Below are positions 28,804-47,987 of a stretch of 64,000 bases of DNA, one piece after another. Origin of the DNA: the human T2T-CHM13v2.0 reference genome, Homo sapiens; assembly GCF_009914755.1 (NCBI RefSeq), contig NC_060939.1. The stretch is one strand, 5' to 3'. Positions within the stretch are counted from its first letter, which is position 1. Every line of letters begins with the position of its first letter. Below the pieces are notes generated by a model. That model saw only the letters and a program-made list of their open reading frames with translations, was not told where the DNA came from and searched no databases. The position numbers and the translations under genes are program-made.

Positions 28804-29651
<848 letters not shown>

Positions 29652-31430
29652 TTTATGTATATAGATAAATGTTATATATAATATATATGATATGATATAT
29701 GTCAATGGTATATATAATATATATGATATGATATATATCAATGTTATATATTATATATAATATGATATATAAATATTATATAGAATATGATATATAAATA
29801 TTATATAGAATATGATATATAAATATTACATATATAATATATAAATGTTATGTATAATATATAATATTATATATAATATATAAATGTTATATATAATATA
29901 TAATATTATATATAATATAATATATAAATGTTAATATAATATATAATATTATATATAATATAATATATAAATGTTATATATAATATATAATATTATATAT
30001 AATATAATATATAAATGTTATATATAATATATAATATTATATATAATATAATATATAAATGTTATATATAATATATATTATATATAATATAATATATAAA
30101 TGTTATATATAATATATATTATATATAATATAATATATAAATGTTATATATAATATATATTATATATAATATAATATATAAATGTTATATATAATATATA
30201 TTATATATAATATAATATATAAATGTTATATATATTATATATAATATAATATATAAATGTTATATATAATATATTATATATAATATAATATATAAATGTT
30301 ATATATAATATATAATATAATATATAAATGTTATATATAATATATAATATAATATATAAATGTTATATATAATATATAATATGATATATAAATGTTATAT
30401 ATAATATATAATATATACATAATATGATATACAAATGTTATATATAATATATAATATTATATATACATAATATGATATATAAATGTTATATATTATACAT
30501 AATATGATATATAAATGTTATATATTATATATAATATGATATATAAATATTATATATAATATGATATATAAATATTATATATAATATGATATATAAATAT
30601 TATATAATATGATATATAAATATTATATATAATATGATGTATAAATATTATATATAATATGATGTATGAATATTATATATAATATGATATATGAATATAT
30701 ATAATGATATATAAATATTATATATGATATATAAATGTTATATATATTATATAATATGAGATATATAAATGTTATATATATTATATATAATATGAGATAT
30801 ATAAATGTTATATATAATATATATAATATGCGATATATAAATGTTATATATATTATATATAATATGAGATATATATGTTATATATTACATATAATATGAT
30901 ATATATAAATGTTATGTATTATATATAATATGATATATAAATGTTATGTTATATATAATATGATATATAAATGTTATGTGTTATATATAATATGATATAT
31001 AAATGTTATATGTTATATATAATATGATATATAAATGTTATATGTTATATATAATATGATATATAAATGTTATATGTTATATATAATATGATATATAAAT
31101 GTTATATGTTATATATGATATGATATATAAATGTTATGTTATATATAATATGATATATAAATGTTATATGTTATATATAATATGATATATAAATGTTATA
31201 TGTTATATATAATATGATATATAAATGTTATATGTTATATATAATATGATATATATAAATGTTATGTTATATATAATATGATATATAAATGTTATATATG
31301 TTATATATAATATGATATATAAATGTTATATATGTTATATATAATATGATATATAAAAATGTTAATTTTTATGGGGACACCTGAAACACAGTATATATAC
31401 TATATATATATATATATATACATATATATA
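29652..31430. repeat. ~1.7 kb AT-rich minisatellite (core ATATAAATGTTATAT; ~25-42 bp unit variants) plus (TA)n
   Basis: Continuous, almost pure A/T tandem array at 29652-31360, then (TA)n at ~31393-31430. Confidence 0.97.
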
Positions 31431-31449
31431 TTTATGCAAAATGAAATCT

Positions 31450-31560
31450 CACATGTCTAGTTCATGCACCATGGTCAGACTGGGATTGGGTTAAAGGCCT
31501 TATTTGGAAAGGTAAATGAGATGGGAAAAGAAGACTGGCTTGAGGTTTGACTGCAGAGGC
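31450..31560 (+). repeat. 111-bp dispersed duplication of 33402-33512
   Basis: 107/111 identical by direct comparison. Confidence 0.92.
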
Positions 31561-31574
31561 GTACTATATGTATA

Positions 31575-31890
31575 TAGTATGTTTTGAGTGTCTCCATAAA
31601 AACTTATGCTGAAATTTAGTTGCCACTGATGGAACTGGGAGGTGGGGCCTTAAAAGGTGATTGGGTCATGAGGGTAGAGCCCTCACGAATGGATTAATGC
31701 CATTAACACAGGATTGAGTTAGTTCTAGGAAGTGCATTAGTTCTCACAAGAGCAGCTCATCATAAAGGTGAGCTTAGCTTGCCCTTGCGGTCTCTTCTGC
31801 ATGTACTTCTTTGCCCTCTCCCCTTCTGTCATGAAAGCCTTCACCAGATGGTCAAGCAGATGCTGGTGCCATGCCCTTGAACTTCCCACC
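31575..31890 (+). mobile_element. MST-type MaLR LTR fragment
   Basis: gggaggtggggcctt...ggtgattgggtcatgagggtagagccctcacgaatggattaatgcc. Confidence 0.7.
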
Positions 31891-32699
31891 ACCATCCCCC
31901 ACCTAGCCACTATATGGGTTGTTAGATATTTTGACCACCTCCTCTTCGCTCACTCCACTATTCAACTCACTGCATCATCAATGTACTTATTACAAACCTG
32001 TCACAAGCCAGGTCTTATGCTAGGTGCTCCTCTCAACAGGTTCTTGAGCTGGCAGGGGAGAGAGAGACATTCAAACACCAAGGATTAATATACCATTACA
32101 GGTTTAAAGACAGAGGCCTATAAGGGTCCCCTGGCAGTGCCATGGAGGTAGGGCATGGTCGGCTGTACCTGTAGAGGTGTCTAAAGGGAGGCTTGCAAGC
32201 TGCCCCTTGAAGGACGAGCAGAAAATTGTACATGAGGACAAGTAGGAAAGGAATTCCAGGAGGAGGGATCAGCATGTGCAAAGGCATGGAGGTTGTCCAT
32301 AGAATGTAGAGAGAAAATATTAAAACCTATATTTATACTAATTTTTGGCCTCATACTTTTATATTTTCTGTTTTATAACCACTTAATAATGCACATAACA
32401 TATTAACATAGTGATTCATATGTATGCTTTTTTTAATATGCATATTTTGGGATATACACTCCCCACAGTTTTTACTAATGCGTGATCAAAAATGTTGCCA
32501 AGACTGGTTTGGGACATGCTATGTTTGAAAGGCCTGGGAATGTCCAAGAGGTAACGTCTAGGCTTGGGGCTAGATATGGGTCTGGGGGTTGGAGAGACAG
32601 CCTTGAGCATTGGGGGTGAGGAAGGGAGAGGGGCTGAGATGGCCGTGAGTACAGAGAAACAGGGCAGGGTGGAGGACAGAGCAAGTGGTTTGAGGCTTG

Positions 32700-32843
32700 G
32701 CTGCACTTTGAATCACCTGGGGAGCTTTTAAACTATTCCCTCTTGGCTTTTCTGATTTAATTGGCCTGGGGAGAAGCACAGGCATCATCACCTTTTAAAC
32801 TTTCTAAGTGATTCCAATTGCAACCGGAGTTGAGAACCACTGC
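32700..32843. mobile_element. MER5-type hAT fragment
   Basis: gaatcacctggggagctttt...gttgagaaccactg. Similar fragments at ~45495-45650, ~47990-48240 and ~53240-53400. Confidence 0.65.
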
Positions 32844-33599
32844 CTTAGACTAGTGGTCTTCAACATTTCCTGTTGTACATCCCCTAAATAAATTTTGGAA
32901 AACTGTATACTCTGTTACACAATTTTAAGTTGACATCTAAATTTCATATCATAATTTTAACAGCTGCAAAAAACCATAATTTCCCTCATGTTGTGTATAT
33001 TTTCTCCAGAACCTCAGAGTTGCATATTTCGTTTGTTTAATTTATGGAAAATGTCTGCCATATAAGCTAATTGGCAAAGCCAGAATTCATTGCCAACCCA
33101 GTCAGCCCAATTAGACTTATTAACCATCAAAAGAAAATCTGAAATCATTTTCAAACTCAAATAAATGTGTTAATACACAGCCTCAAGACAAAGCCTGCCC
33201 ATAACATTTCAATTCTAAATTCTAATTCTAAGCAAAATAGACAATGCACAGAGTCTTGCCACCTAGAATTTGTCCCTCAAATGGAACAAGGTGCTGTTCC
33301 CCTCAATATCTACAGCAGATGCTCTCTGTGCTTTGAAGAGGTCTTTCTCTCAGGGGTGTGCATTCTCCAATCGCCGCTTTGTTTGGGTTCCCAGCGGTTT
33401 GCACATGTCTAGTTCAGGCACCATGGTCAGACTGGGCTTGGGTTAGAGGCCTTATTTGGAAAGGTGAATGAGATGGGAAAAGAAGACTGGCTTGAGGTTT
33501 GACTGCAGAGGCAAATAGATCCACATCAGAAAAGAAGACATAGAGAAGTTGAGGATCTGGAAATCTATACCTTTTAAAACTGTCTGTGATGGATCCACG

Positions 33600-34330
33600 C
33601 ATATATGGTCACTTGACTTACAACAAAGGAGCTGATGCAATTCTATAGAGAGAAGGATGTTCTTTTCTATGCATATTCATAGGGGAAAAAAGGAACTCTG
33701 ACCCCTTCTTCACACCATACACATTAATTCAAGATAAATCATAGACTTCAATGTGAAAAGTAAACCAATAAAGCTCCTAGAAGCAAACAGAGTAGGGTGG
33801 GGGGCGGTCTCCATGACCAAGCAAAGATCTTTTAAGCTGGACATAAAAGGCACTTACTATAAATTTTTAAAAATTTTAAGTTAGACTTCATTAAAACAAA
33901 ACGCTCTTTTAATCAAAAGATTAAGAAGAGGACAAGAGATTTTCCCAATGCATATATCTGACAAAGGACTCATATCCTGAATATATAAAGGTTTCCTACA
34001 AATCAATAAGAAAAAGGCAACCAAACCAACAAACATTGGGGGCAAAAGACTTGAATAAGCATTTTACAAAAGAGGGTGCCTAAAGGGCCAGTAAGCACCT
34101 GAAAAGGCACTCAACACCATTAGTTGTCAGGGAAATGCAAAATAAAATCTCAATGAGATTCTATGATACTCTCATCAGAATGGCTTAAAATGGTAAAGAC
34201 GGACAATGCCAAGAGTTGTTGAGGAGGTGGAGGAGATAAAGCTCTCATACATTACTGGTGGGAAAATAAACTGGTAAAAGCCAACATACCCCTATCCTAA
34301 TTCCCAGCAATTCCACTCCCATACATCTAT
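33600..34330 (+). mobile_element. Degenerate L1M ORF2 3' fragment
   Basis: L1-like phrases (catatatctgacaaaggactcatatcc; tcagggaaatgcaaa; cccagcaattccactcc). Confidence 0.7.
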
Positions 34331-34409
34331 CCAGGACATGGCAGGTGCTGTAGTTTACCCAGTGTGCAGGACATAAGGAGGGATGTTGTTGCAGAGAATT
34401 TAGGACAGT

Positions 34410-34940
34410 AATAAAAATGGCTAAGTCAGTTTGCTTTTTATTATCTATTAATGCATAACAAATCACTTCAAAATGCAGTGGCTTTAAACAGCAATAATCT
34501 TTTTTAAAAAAAACGGTCATAATTTTTGTGGATTTGGAAGTGTCAGGGCTGGGCAGCTCTTGTTTGAGATCTCTCATGTAGTTGCAGTCATGTGTCATCT
34601 AAGGGCTTGATTGGGGCTGGGGGTCTACTTCTAGGGTAGGTCACTCACATGGCTGGAAAATGAATGCTAGCTATTGTCCAGGGGCTCAGTATCTTTCCCT
34701 GGGGTCCTGTTTATGGAGCTGCTCGAGTGTCCTCATGGTCTGGTGGCTGGCTTACCCTGGAACGAGCCATTCAGGAGAGCAAGGTGGAAACTACAAGCCT
34801 TCACCTTGGAAATCATCTGCTGAGACTTCTACTGTAATCCAGTGATCAAGGCCAGCCCTGATTCAACGTGAGAGGGGGCCGAGAAGTGTGTGAATGCCAG
34901 AAGCAAGGATCCCAAGGATACATCTTGGAGGCTGGCTACA
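34410..34940 (-). mobile_element. MLT1-type MaLR LTR
   Basis: gcataacaaatcacttcaaa...gtggctttaaacagcaataa; ccatcttggaggctggctaca-like end. Confidence 0.6.
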
Positions 34941-35872
34941 AAAGATGGTGTCTTATTAAGCCCTGTATCCTTAGCCACTTGCAGAGCCACCATGGGGTGG
35001 CTCTGCAGCAATTGCTGGATGAGTACAGAGTAGAATAGAAGGATGGGGCTTGTCCACATGGCTCTCTCCTGTGAAGCAGTGCTGTGGCAGGATGTGCTCA
35101 CAAGGAAGAGACGACCCACAGACTACTGCTGGCCACCCTTGCCTGGAGTGTGGTTTGTAGGGGGTGAGGGAGTTGGGGCACAGGCTGCCTTCTACCTCTA
35201 AGGACAGAGCAAAGGCCCTGAGAGGGGTCTCTGATTGTCCTGCCTCTGGACCCAACAGCCAGTTAAAGACCAGTGATATGCCCCATGGTGGCTCCCAGTC
35301 ACCTCCTCTCTGGACTGAATTGATTTCGGCATGAGGGAAGACACCAGAACACGCCCTGGGCATGTGCAGGTGAAGCTGCATGCATGGGATGAATCAGAAG
35401 TTAAAGGTGCAGGGAGAGGGCAAGAGTCACATGGGTGTGCATGTCACAACTTATTTCTCCAACTCCCTACAGGAACTTAAAGTGGGTAGAGCATTGGACC
35501 TACAGAGCACTGAGGATGCACTCAAAGGGCTTTGACAGATGAACATAGAGTGGAGTAGGAGGATAGGGCTTGCCCATGTGGCCTCTCCATTGAAGGCTAC
35601 CATCCACGATGACAGAATACAGGAAGGAGATAAAGGCCTGCGTAGACACGCTGACCCCAAAGTCCTTCGTGTCCCCCAACCTCAGGGTCCCTCTGTCCCT
35701 ACTGGCTCTGGTGGGAGCTGCCCAGGCAGCAGTTCTGGATTCTGTTCCATCCTGGCAAGACTCCCGCCTCCGACCTTATTCCAACTCTTCCAAACCAACT
35801 TCCCCAATGGATGCTTCCTTCTGACTGTATCCAGCACTTCCCTCCAAACCATCTTTCCCTCTCCTTTGTTGA

Positions 35873-36203
<331 letters not shown>

Positions 36204-36389
36204 GTGAGTAGAATGTATTAAAACATTTTAAAATTACACAACAATGGATGTTTATTTGTTCTCCTTTGAATGATCTTAGTGAGCCTCCTCACCCTTGCTG
36301 CAATACTCCTATCCTGGACTCCAGCTCCCATGTCTAACTTCAAGGTTGACTCATCCCGAAACTGACCTCTCCAACGTCTATCTTCATAA

Positions 36390-36448
36390 GGGATACTTTT
36401 TAAAACTGTTACTAGTTATGGGATACTTTTTAAAACTGTTACTAGTTA
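36390..36448. repeat. 30-bp tandem duplication (GGGATACTTTTTAAAACTGTTACTAGTTA x2)
   Basis: Adjacent exact 29-nt copies with a 30-nt period. Confidence 0.9.
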
Positions 36449-37897
36449 CTAGGAGAAAATTGGAGAGGGTAGTGGATTTATTCACAGAGACAATCAGTGT
36501 TCCATATGAGCTAATAATCTCTGAATTGGTCTTTAATTCAATTATAGCCCCCAAATGGCAAATGGATCTGAGTGCCCAGGGTGGTCCATGGTCGAAGCGA
36601 GAGTAATGAGAAAGATCCCAAATACTTTCTTGCTTAAAGCACACCTCACATCTTTGCTTAAAGCCCAAGGGCTTAACAATGAAGGAGGGACGGCTTTCTA
36701 GATGAACAGCTGTTCTCCTACAGAACAAGGAGACCAGTTTTTCTTCATTTTTTAAAACCTTGGGGATAAAGCAAAAGACACTGGATTGAATGCAGCAGGA
36801 AGGATCTGGATTCAAAATAAGGAAGAATTGCCAAGCTGATGGTGAGAACTAGAAAACCTGGGCATGACCTGGCAGGAGCAGTTGTGCAAGTCCCTCCAGG
36901 AAGTCCTGAGTGTGGAAACATACCCTGACTCAGCTGCATTTATGGGGTGAGCATCAGCCAGGCCCTGCTGCCATCATAGGGCCAGGTGGGCTGGGCTGCC
37001 AGGGAGGCAGTAGTGTGAGATGGCCAGGGAGCTCACCCCAGCCAACGAATGGCTTCAAGCCATTTCCTGGGCAGGACTGGTCCTGTGGAACAGGAGGGCC
37101 AGTCAGGAACCTGAAGCAGCAACCAACTTGCCCATGAGGATTGGGCTCTTATCCACTGTCTTTCCTGACCAACTCATTCTCATCCTTCAGGATTTAAGGC
37201 AGATGTCACTTCCTCCAGGAGGCCCTCCCTCAGGGCACGGAGCACACAGAGGTGGACTCTAGGACTCACCTGCTTCCCTCTCTAGTTGCAGGTCCCTTAA
37301 GGGGGACTGTGGGTGATTCGTCATTGAGTCCCTTGTGACCTCCAGGTGCTTGGGAGATGGAGAAAATGAAGGAAGGGAAGTGGAAGCAAGGGAAGGAAAG
37401 TTGAAGCAAGGAAAGAAAAGAGAAAGGGACGAGGAAGAGAGGGAAGACAGAGAAAGGAAAACTCTTGTGCCCAGAGATTGTACAGATTGTCTAAAGAGTC
37501 TCACCCCTGCTGGATGGACAGTGGCTTTATCAGCAGCAACACTATCTCAGCCTCCCGGGCAGCTAGGACTCTGGCTGCCTACACATTTTTTGCTCCATGC
37601 AGGCCCAGCTCAGGGAGAGGTACTCAGGCCCAGGCTGGTGGTGCTGAGTACCAGGACTTGGAGTTAAGGGGGCTTGCTGTGGGCACAGTTTGGCAAGTGA
37701 AGACGGACAGCTCTGGGGGCCACAAGAGAGCTGGGTAATAGAAGACTTTATGAAACCTGTATTAGATCTAGTTCTTGTTCATTTCTACTTACTCACGTTA
37801 TAATTCCAGAGCTGTGTTCTTAGAGGGAAATGTACTTTTATTGAAATGTTTTTCATAAGATGACAGTAGCCTTTCCTGATTATGAAGAAACCCTGTT

Positions 37898-38210
<313 letters not shown>

Positions 38211-39349
38211 GAAAGGAACCCTGTTATAACAAATACGAAGAATACAAAAATGATTTGAAATCCTAGAGATAACCATTGTCAACATTTTGTTGTATATTGT
38301 TCTAGAATGTTTATATACTTATATTTAGGTATTCTTATATTTGCATATTAATATATTTAAATATATAAAATATTTTTTAAAAACAAAAGGTGGAATCACA
38401 TTATACATAGTGTTTTATAAACTGATTTTTTCCCCACTCAGTAATGCCTTACGAACTTTTCTTACCAGTAAATAAAATTTCACATCATTATAGTGGCTGC
38501 AAATATTTTACTTAATGAAGGTAACATAATTTATTTAACCTCTTTGGCCATTTATGATTTCCCCCCAGTTTTTTACTCTTAAAAACTACTTTTGGGAAAA
38601 GTTAACCCCGGCAACATCATTAAAAACAAAAACAACTATACCACAAAAGTCAGGTGAAAAAATCAGATGTGATTTTGAACTACAGTTTTAGAAATAACTT
38701 CCTTGTAAATAATCGACTGTATTGTTAATTAAGTCAAATATTGTGGGAGAAACAGAACGGGGCATATCTGAGACTGAAATAATTGATAGTGAGGTATGGA
38801 AAAGGAAAGTTTTCATTTTGAAAGGAACACTGAGCTTTCGCTGTTTTGCAAAAATATACTTGTCTAAATATAGTTGTTTTGAACAATCTGTTGCCTGTAA
38901 TCATTACCTCTACCAATCCCCTGTGGTATTGTGTCCTTTCAGGGTACGAGTGTTGGTCTGTCTATAAACACTAGAGATTTCTCCCTCTTCCAGGCATTTT
39001 GCTAGCCTCTGAGGATGGAGCAGTGAATAAAACCCACCCACACCTTATCCTCCTGGCAGTTAGCCTTAGTGGAGAGGCACAAGGGCTGCCTGTCTGGTGA
39101 ATGAGATGATACTGTTAAGCACACCAGGATGCTGGAATCTCCTGCCTCTTACTGGCAGATAACCTGCCCCTCCCAGAACTTAGAGAATACTAAGTGCACA
39201 GGACATACCTGCCACCAGACCATTCAGGTACATGGTGTTTTTACTACCATTCCTGAGATCAGGCAAGTTTCAGATCTGTTTTCATGAAGCTAGAAGAGGG
39301 CTTAAAAGTCACCTTGTCCAACTGACCTGGCCTGTTGAGGCTTGAATCT

Positions 39350-39769
39350 TCTCTCTATAAACCTGAAAGAATTAAAAGGATCAGAATCCAGTTTAAAGTT
39401 TATTCAGGTGAAAAGGTGAAAATGATCATCCAGGAGACAAAGACTCCAGAGAAATGGGATCCGTGCTCCAAAGTTAAGAGTTAAGTTCTTGCTAATACAG
39501 GTAGAAAACAAAGAAATTTAATGGGATTACAGCATTTTCTATACAAGAGTGGTATAAGAGTTACAACAAATTAATTAGTGATAGTCTGTTTTCTTTTCTC
39601 TACAGTTTGTTTTCCTTTCTTTACAGCTGATTTTCATTTCCTCACTCAATTTAAAAGAGTATATTTAACATTCCATCTTAAGGCAATGTGATAGCCATAA
39701 AGTCTTTATGTGAGAAACGTAAGAGGGAAGTTAATCTATAATGAAGATTAACAATCAAAGGGAAGGGTC

Positions 39770-39770
<1 letters not shown>
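39350..39770 (-). mobile_element. Probable ERV1 (MER4-group) LTR fragment
   Basis: aaagtttattcag...agactccagagaaatggg...gtgctcc pattern recalled from MER4-group LTRs. Confidence 0.4.
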
Positions 39771-42868
<3,098 letters not shown>

Positions 42869-43290
42869 GGGCCCAGCACGGTGGCTCACGCCTGTAATCC
42901 CAGCACTTTGGGAGGCTGAGGTGGGGGGAATCACTCGAGGTCAGAAGTTCGTGACCAGCCTCCATGTAACAAATCCAACTAGCCAAGACTGTCATGCCAA
43001 AGAGGCACATGTAGGTGGTCTGGTTGACAGTCTCAAATGGAGTCCTCTGCCAACTGTCAGCATCTTCTGCCAGTGGTGAGTGAGTCATCTTGGACACCCA
43101 GCCCATTTGAGCCTTCAGATGATGACAGCACCATCTAGTATCTGACCATAACTACTTGAGAAATCCTCAGCAAGACCTGCCCAGAGAAGCCTCCCAAATT
43201 TCTGGCCCACAAAATCATGAGCAAAAAACCTATTGCTTCAAGCAGGTATGTTTGGGGATCATTTGTTATGCAGCAGTAGAAACTAGAACA
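42869..43290 (+). mobile_element. Truncated Alu left arm (42869-42962) joined to an MLT1 LTR 3' part
   Basis: Alu stops at gaccagcct. The MLT1 part ends ...ttgttatgcagcagtagaaactagaaca. Confidence 0.7.
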
Positions 43291-43775
43291 CTGAAACTCT
43301 TGCTTTCTTATCTTGCCCCACAGAAAAGTATATATTCTCAGCAATCAGAAAGACAATAGGGCAAAAGGCAGGAAAAGCTCTAAGTTTATTGAGTCCTACC
43401 ACAGGACAGATACTTTACAATCCCACCTAGCATAACCCCCATGATTCTGTGAGTTGGGGACAATGTTTCTTTGTCAAAAAGAGAAAGGTAGAGTTCAGAG
43501 GGGACAAGGCTGTCAGATTGCAGAGGTGGTGCTCTTTCTGCTGGAGCTAAATGTCCCAAAGTAAGACCGCAGAAGCAAGAGTCAGGCAAGAAAGTTTGAT
43601 TTCACAACATATTGTTGCTAGGATAAAGCCCTCAGGAGCTATGTGATCCTTTTAAAGGATAAAGTGTCCATTTTGCTTCCCTCCTTCCTCCCTGCAATTA
43701 GTCAAATGGCAGGTGGAGCATGTAGTCTGTGAGGCAGAGCTGAGGAGTGAGAACTTTCATAGAAACTTCCACTTA

Positions 43776-44105
<330 letters not shown>

Positions 44106-45714
44106 TCAGAGCGTTGCAGAGTGTTACAGAGAGGAAACTTCTAGAGTCTTCACACTTGCAAATCACTTCCTTTAGCTCTCAACTCATTGAAGACTTGAGC
44201 TGAGCCCTCCAGGTGGTCAATTTGAAGACATATGAGGCATAGAAGTGCCTTGGTGAGTCCCTATTATGGGCCGGACGCTGTGTGCACTATCCATGATCCT
44301 GCAAGAATGACATTGCTATCTCCCATGGCAGATGGAGAAACAGTCACAGGTGATTAAGTTATTTGTCCCAAATGTCACACAACTAGGAAGTACAGGCTAA
44401 AGAAGGGTCCCAGTGGAGCAGAGTATGGGTGAGTAGGCAGGCAGACAGGCAGTGTGGCCCCACTGGCACAGAGCCCCGAGGCAGAGCCTCAGAGACACCA
44501 GTTCAGGGTTCCTGCAAGCTGCGGACCAGGAGAGGAACTAGCAGAATGTGGGGTCCCCAGAGGACATAGAATCAAAGATACTAGAGAGAGAACAATGTCC
44601 TCATCAACATGGAGCTGATGGAGCAGAACCCCTAAGGATACTGTTTCACATTCATTTACTCCCCAGCTAGCAGGGATTGTCTGATCCAACCCCTCGATTC
44701 TGACATATAAGGCAACTGAAGCCAGAAGGAAAAAGGGACATGCCTGAGGTCCCCCAGCTTGCCAGAAGCAGGGCAAGACAAGAGTTCCTATTCCTGATTC
44801 AGGGTCCAGTGCTCTTTCAGAGGCACCTTCCTGAATTCTGAGATTAAACTCAGGCTTTAAGTAGGGTGACCCTTTCAATTTATGATCCAAACCAGAATAA
44901 GGGCATTATTAATAATTACAACAGGATGGCAGGTGTCAACAGGACTGCCCTGTGCAAATGGGACACACAGTCATTCTAGCATGGCATTCTAGAATGCCAC
45001 CCACTTGCCCACCAGGAAAGCCTCTTCACAGCCTTATGGTTGTGGACCTGACAACTCACTGTCATCCTCCATGCCAGGTGAGGGGCTGATGGACCAAGCA
45101 GCCCTGAGGGTCTGGCTTTCCTAGGGGTCTTTAGGGAGCTCAGAACTGGCTGCTCCAACACTGGCCTCTGTCCCCACCTGGCACTGTGTATGCATAAACA
45201 GAGGCCCCATTTGTTCCCACGTATCAGGGGCAAGCTCCCTGCCAAGCCCAGTGGAACTCCAGTTTTAGGTGCTTGCCTCTGGGTGATACCCACTGAACCA
45301 AAGCTGTCCTCACTGTGAGACTGTGAATGTGGGGCTCTCCTATGGAGCCCCAGGACAGTGGAAGAAGGCCCCTGCTGGCTTGGTAGCCAGGTCACGGCAG
45401 AAACTATAAGGATGTGAGAAGCACACCAAGTGGCATAAACTAGCTGTGCTGTTTCTTCCCCCTCCTTCACTCCTCTGTCCCCAATAGTCACCAGCTTCTG
45501 AAACGTTACCTTACACACACATCTGCTGGGGATCTTGTTAAACTGTAGATTCTGATTTAGGAGACCTGCAGTGGAGCCTGAGATGCTGGATTTCTCACAA
45601 GTCCCAGGTGATGCCAATGCTGCTGGCCCAGGTGCCACTTGGAATAGTAACCCTCTCTCACAGCATCCTGCTCACTCCCTCCAGAGCAGTAATCATAACT
45701 TGTCATTGCTTTCT

Positions 45715-46077
45715 TATGTGGTTGTTACTGATTGCAGCAGATGTTGCAGTATTTCAAGCCTGATAATCACAGGCTTGAAAAGCACATGTGTGTTGGGCTT
45801 GTCCTCTTGGGGAACCCTGCTGCTGAGTGAAGAGCCCATGCTAGCCTGCTGGCGGCCCCTGGCTCAGCCAACAGCCAACATCAACAGCCAGACCTAGGAG
45901 TGAGACCATTTAGATCATCCAGCTCCAATTGCAGCCACATGAATTAGTCCAAAAGAATCACCCACCTGAGCCCAGCCCAAACTGCTGACCTGCACAACGG
46001 TGAGCACATAAAATGGTCATTGTTTAGGTCACTAAGTTTTGGAGTGGTTTGTTACATGGCAATAGATAACTGATACA
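45715..46077 (+). mobile_element. MLT1-type MaLR LTR
   Basis: Ends ...ttttggagtggtttgttacatggcaatagataactgataca. Confidence 0.7.
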
Positions 46078-47451
46078 CTGGTTTAATATCTATGTTAGGG
46101 GTGGGACTAGATATGTTTTATTTGGTATGTTACACCCAGTGTTTTGAATTGATGAATAAATGAACTAACCTGGATCTGTCTGATTCTAAAACCCAAGAGT
46201 TTCTGCTCCACTGTTTCTGCTCCCTGTTCCCAGACAAGTTGCTCATCCTGGGTCTAGTGAGGTCAAAGTTAGGGTATGTAATCCAGCCTAGGTTAATTAG
46301 TGCTTTCCAGTCTACAGTGATCAGTTAAGGGATGAGTGTGTGACCTAATCTAATCCAATCAGATTGAAACTCGGGACTTTCACTGAGAATGGTGGGGAAA
46401 ACACCTTCTCTTCTCCAGTCAATATAAAGAAGAAATATAGGAATAGTTTCCAAAATCTGACTAATCAGACCTAATCTGACAAGTCACTATAGGAAGGAAG
46501 GACTTACACAGGCCCACTGCTATGCTGGGCTTTAACATTTTAGTTGCATTTTGGGGAGGTCCAGGATACTCCCATACTTGGAGGGTGAGAGCATTTAAGC
46601 TCTGAGTAAAGTCTTGTCTGATGCTAAAACTACCACTGAGCTTCCAAATCACACGAGTCCAGAAATATATTTGTTTCAGCCAATAGGGCTGGACTTCCTG
46701 TTGCTTGCAATTATCAAGCAACAGAATGCTTCCTAACTGGCCGACCTTCTTTCTTCTGGGAATCTAACTCTCCTTTAAGGTCAACCAGATGATCCAGACA
46801 CTCTAAAATTAACCCAGGTTTAAGCCAGAACAAGAGAAGAATGAATCCCTGGGTGGACGCACAACATTCCCTACAGAATCAGCTTTACTCTCCTGTGTTT
46901 TGCCAGAAGAAACATTTCATAAAACTCGTCTTTGAATCTATTGGAAAGATGTTCTTGAGGGTGTGGCTTCCCACTTTCCACAGGGTCTTTCTGGTCTTTC
47001 AGCTGCATATTCCTAAGCAGTAGATTAATTTTCTACCACATGGACAGTTATGAACTATGTAACTAACTAGTTTTCCCTTTTGGTCTTGGCTGCCAGGAAA
47101 CTTTACACCAAATATGTACCCACTTGCAGCAAAAGTGCACAACTCCATGGTCTGTCTTTTTACAGTAGCTTCATTACTGGTTCAATTTTATGTCGTTAGC
47201 CTTGTTGTACCGTATTCATTTTTACTTCCTTTGACTTATATAATCTTGCTTCGTTTTGTGTATCCTTATAAGAAAATAGGAGTTATAATTTTTTAAAAAA
47301 ACACTTTGATTTAGGCTTGGTTAAAATGAAAAGAAGCTACAGGGAGTACTGTTATATCAATCACTTTGAATTTCAGTGAAGGAAACAGAAGGGAGGTATG
47401 GAAGAACATATACATTCCAAGGATCTCAAGAGCATAAAGAATCGACACCAA

Positions 47452-47987
<536 letters not shown>

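Noticed and set aside
29652-31360. CRISPR-like regular array
   Set aside because: No unique spacers and no cas genes. This is a eukaryotic AT minisatellite. The same applies to the 19-bp array at 2163-2284.
44982-44999. Perfect 18-bp palindrome TGGCATTCTAGAATGCCA with a TTCnnGAA core
   Set aside because: Roughly 0.2 such palindromes are expected by chance in 64 kb. Only two HSE pentamers are present, too few for a heat-shock element.
44976-45638. 220-aa minus-strand ORF
   Set aside because: Begins inside a MER5-like fragment, with no recognisable domain or splice structure. Consistent with a chance ORF.
45752-45780. 11-bp stem hairpin TTTCAAGCCTG...CAGGCTTGAAA
   Set aside because: Lies within a decayed MLT1 LTR, with no evidence of an RNA gene.
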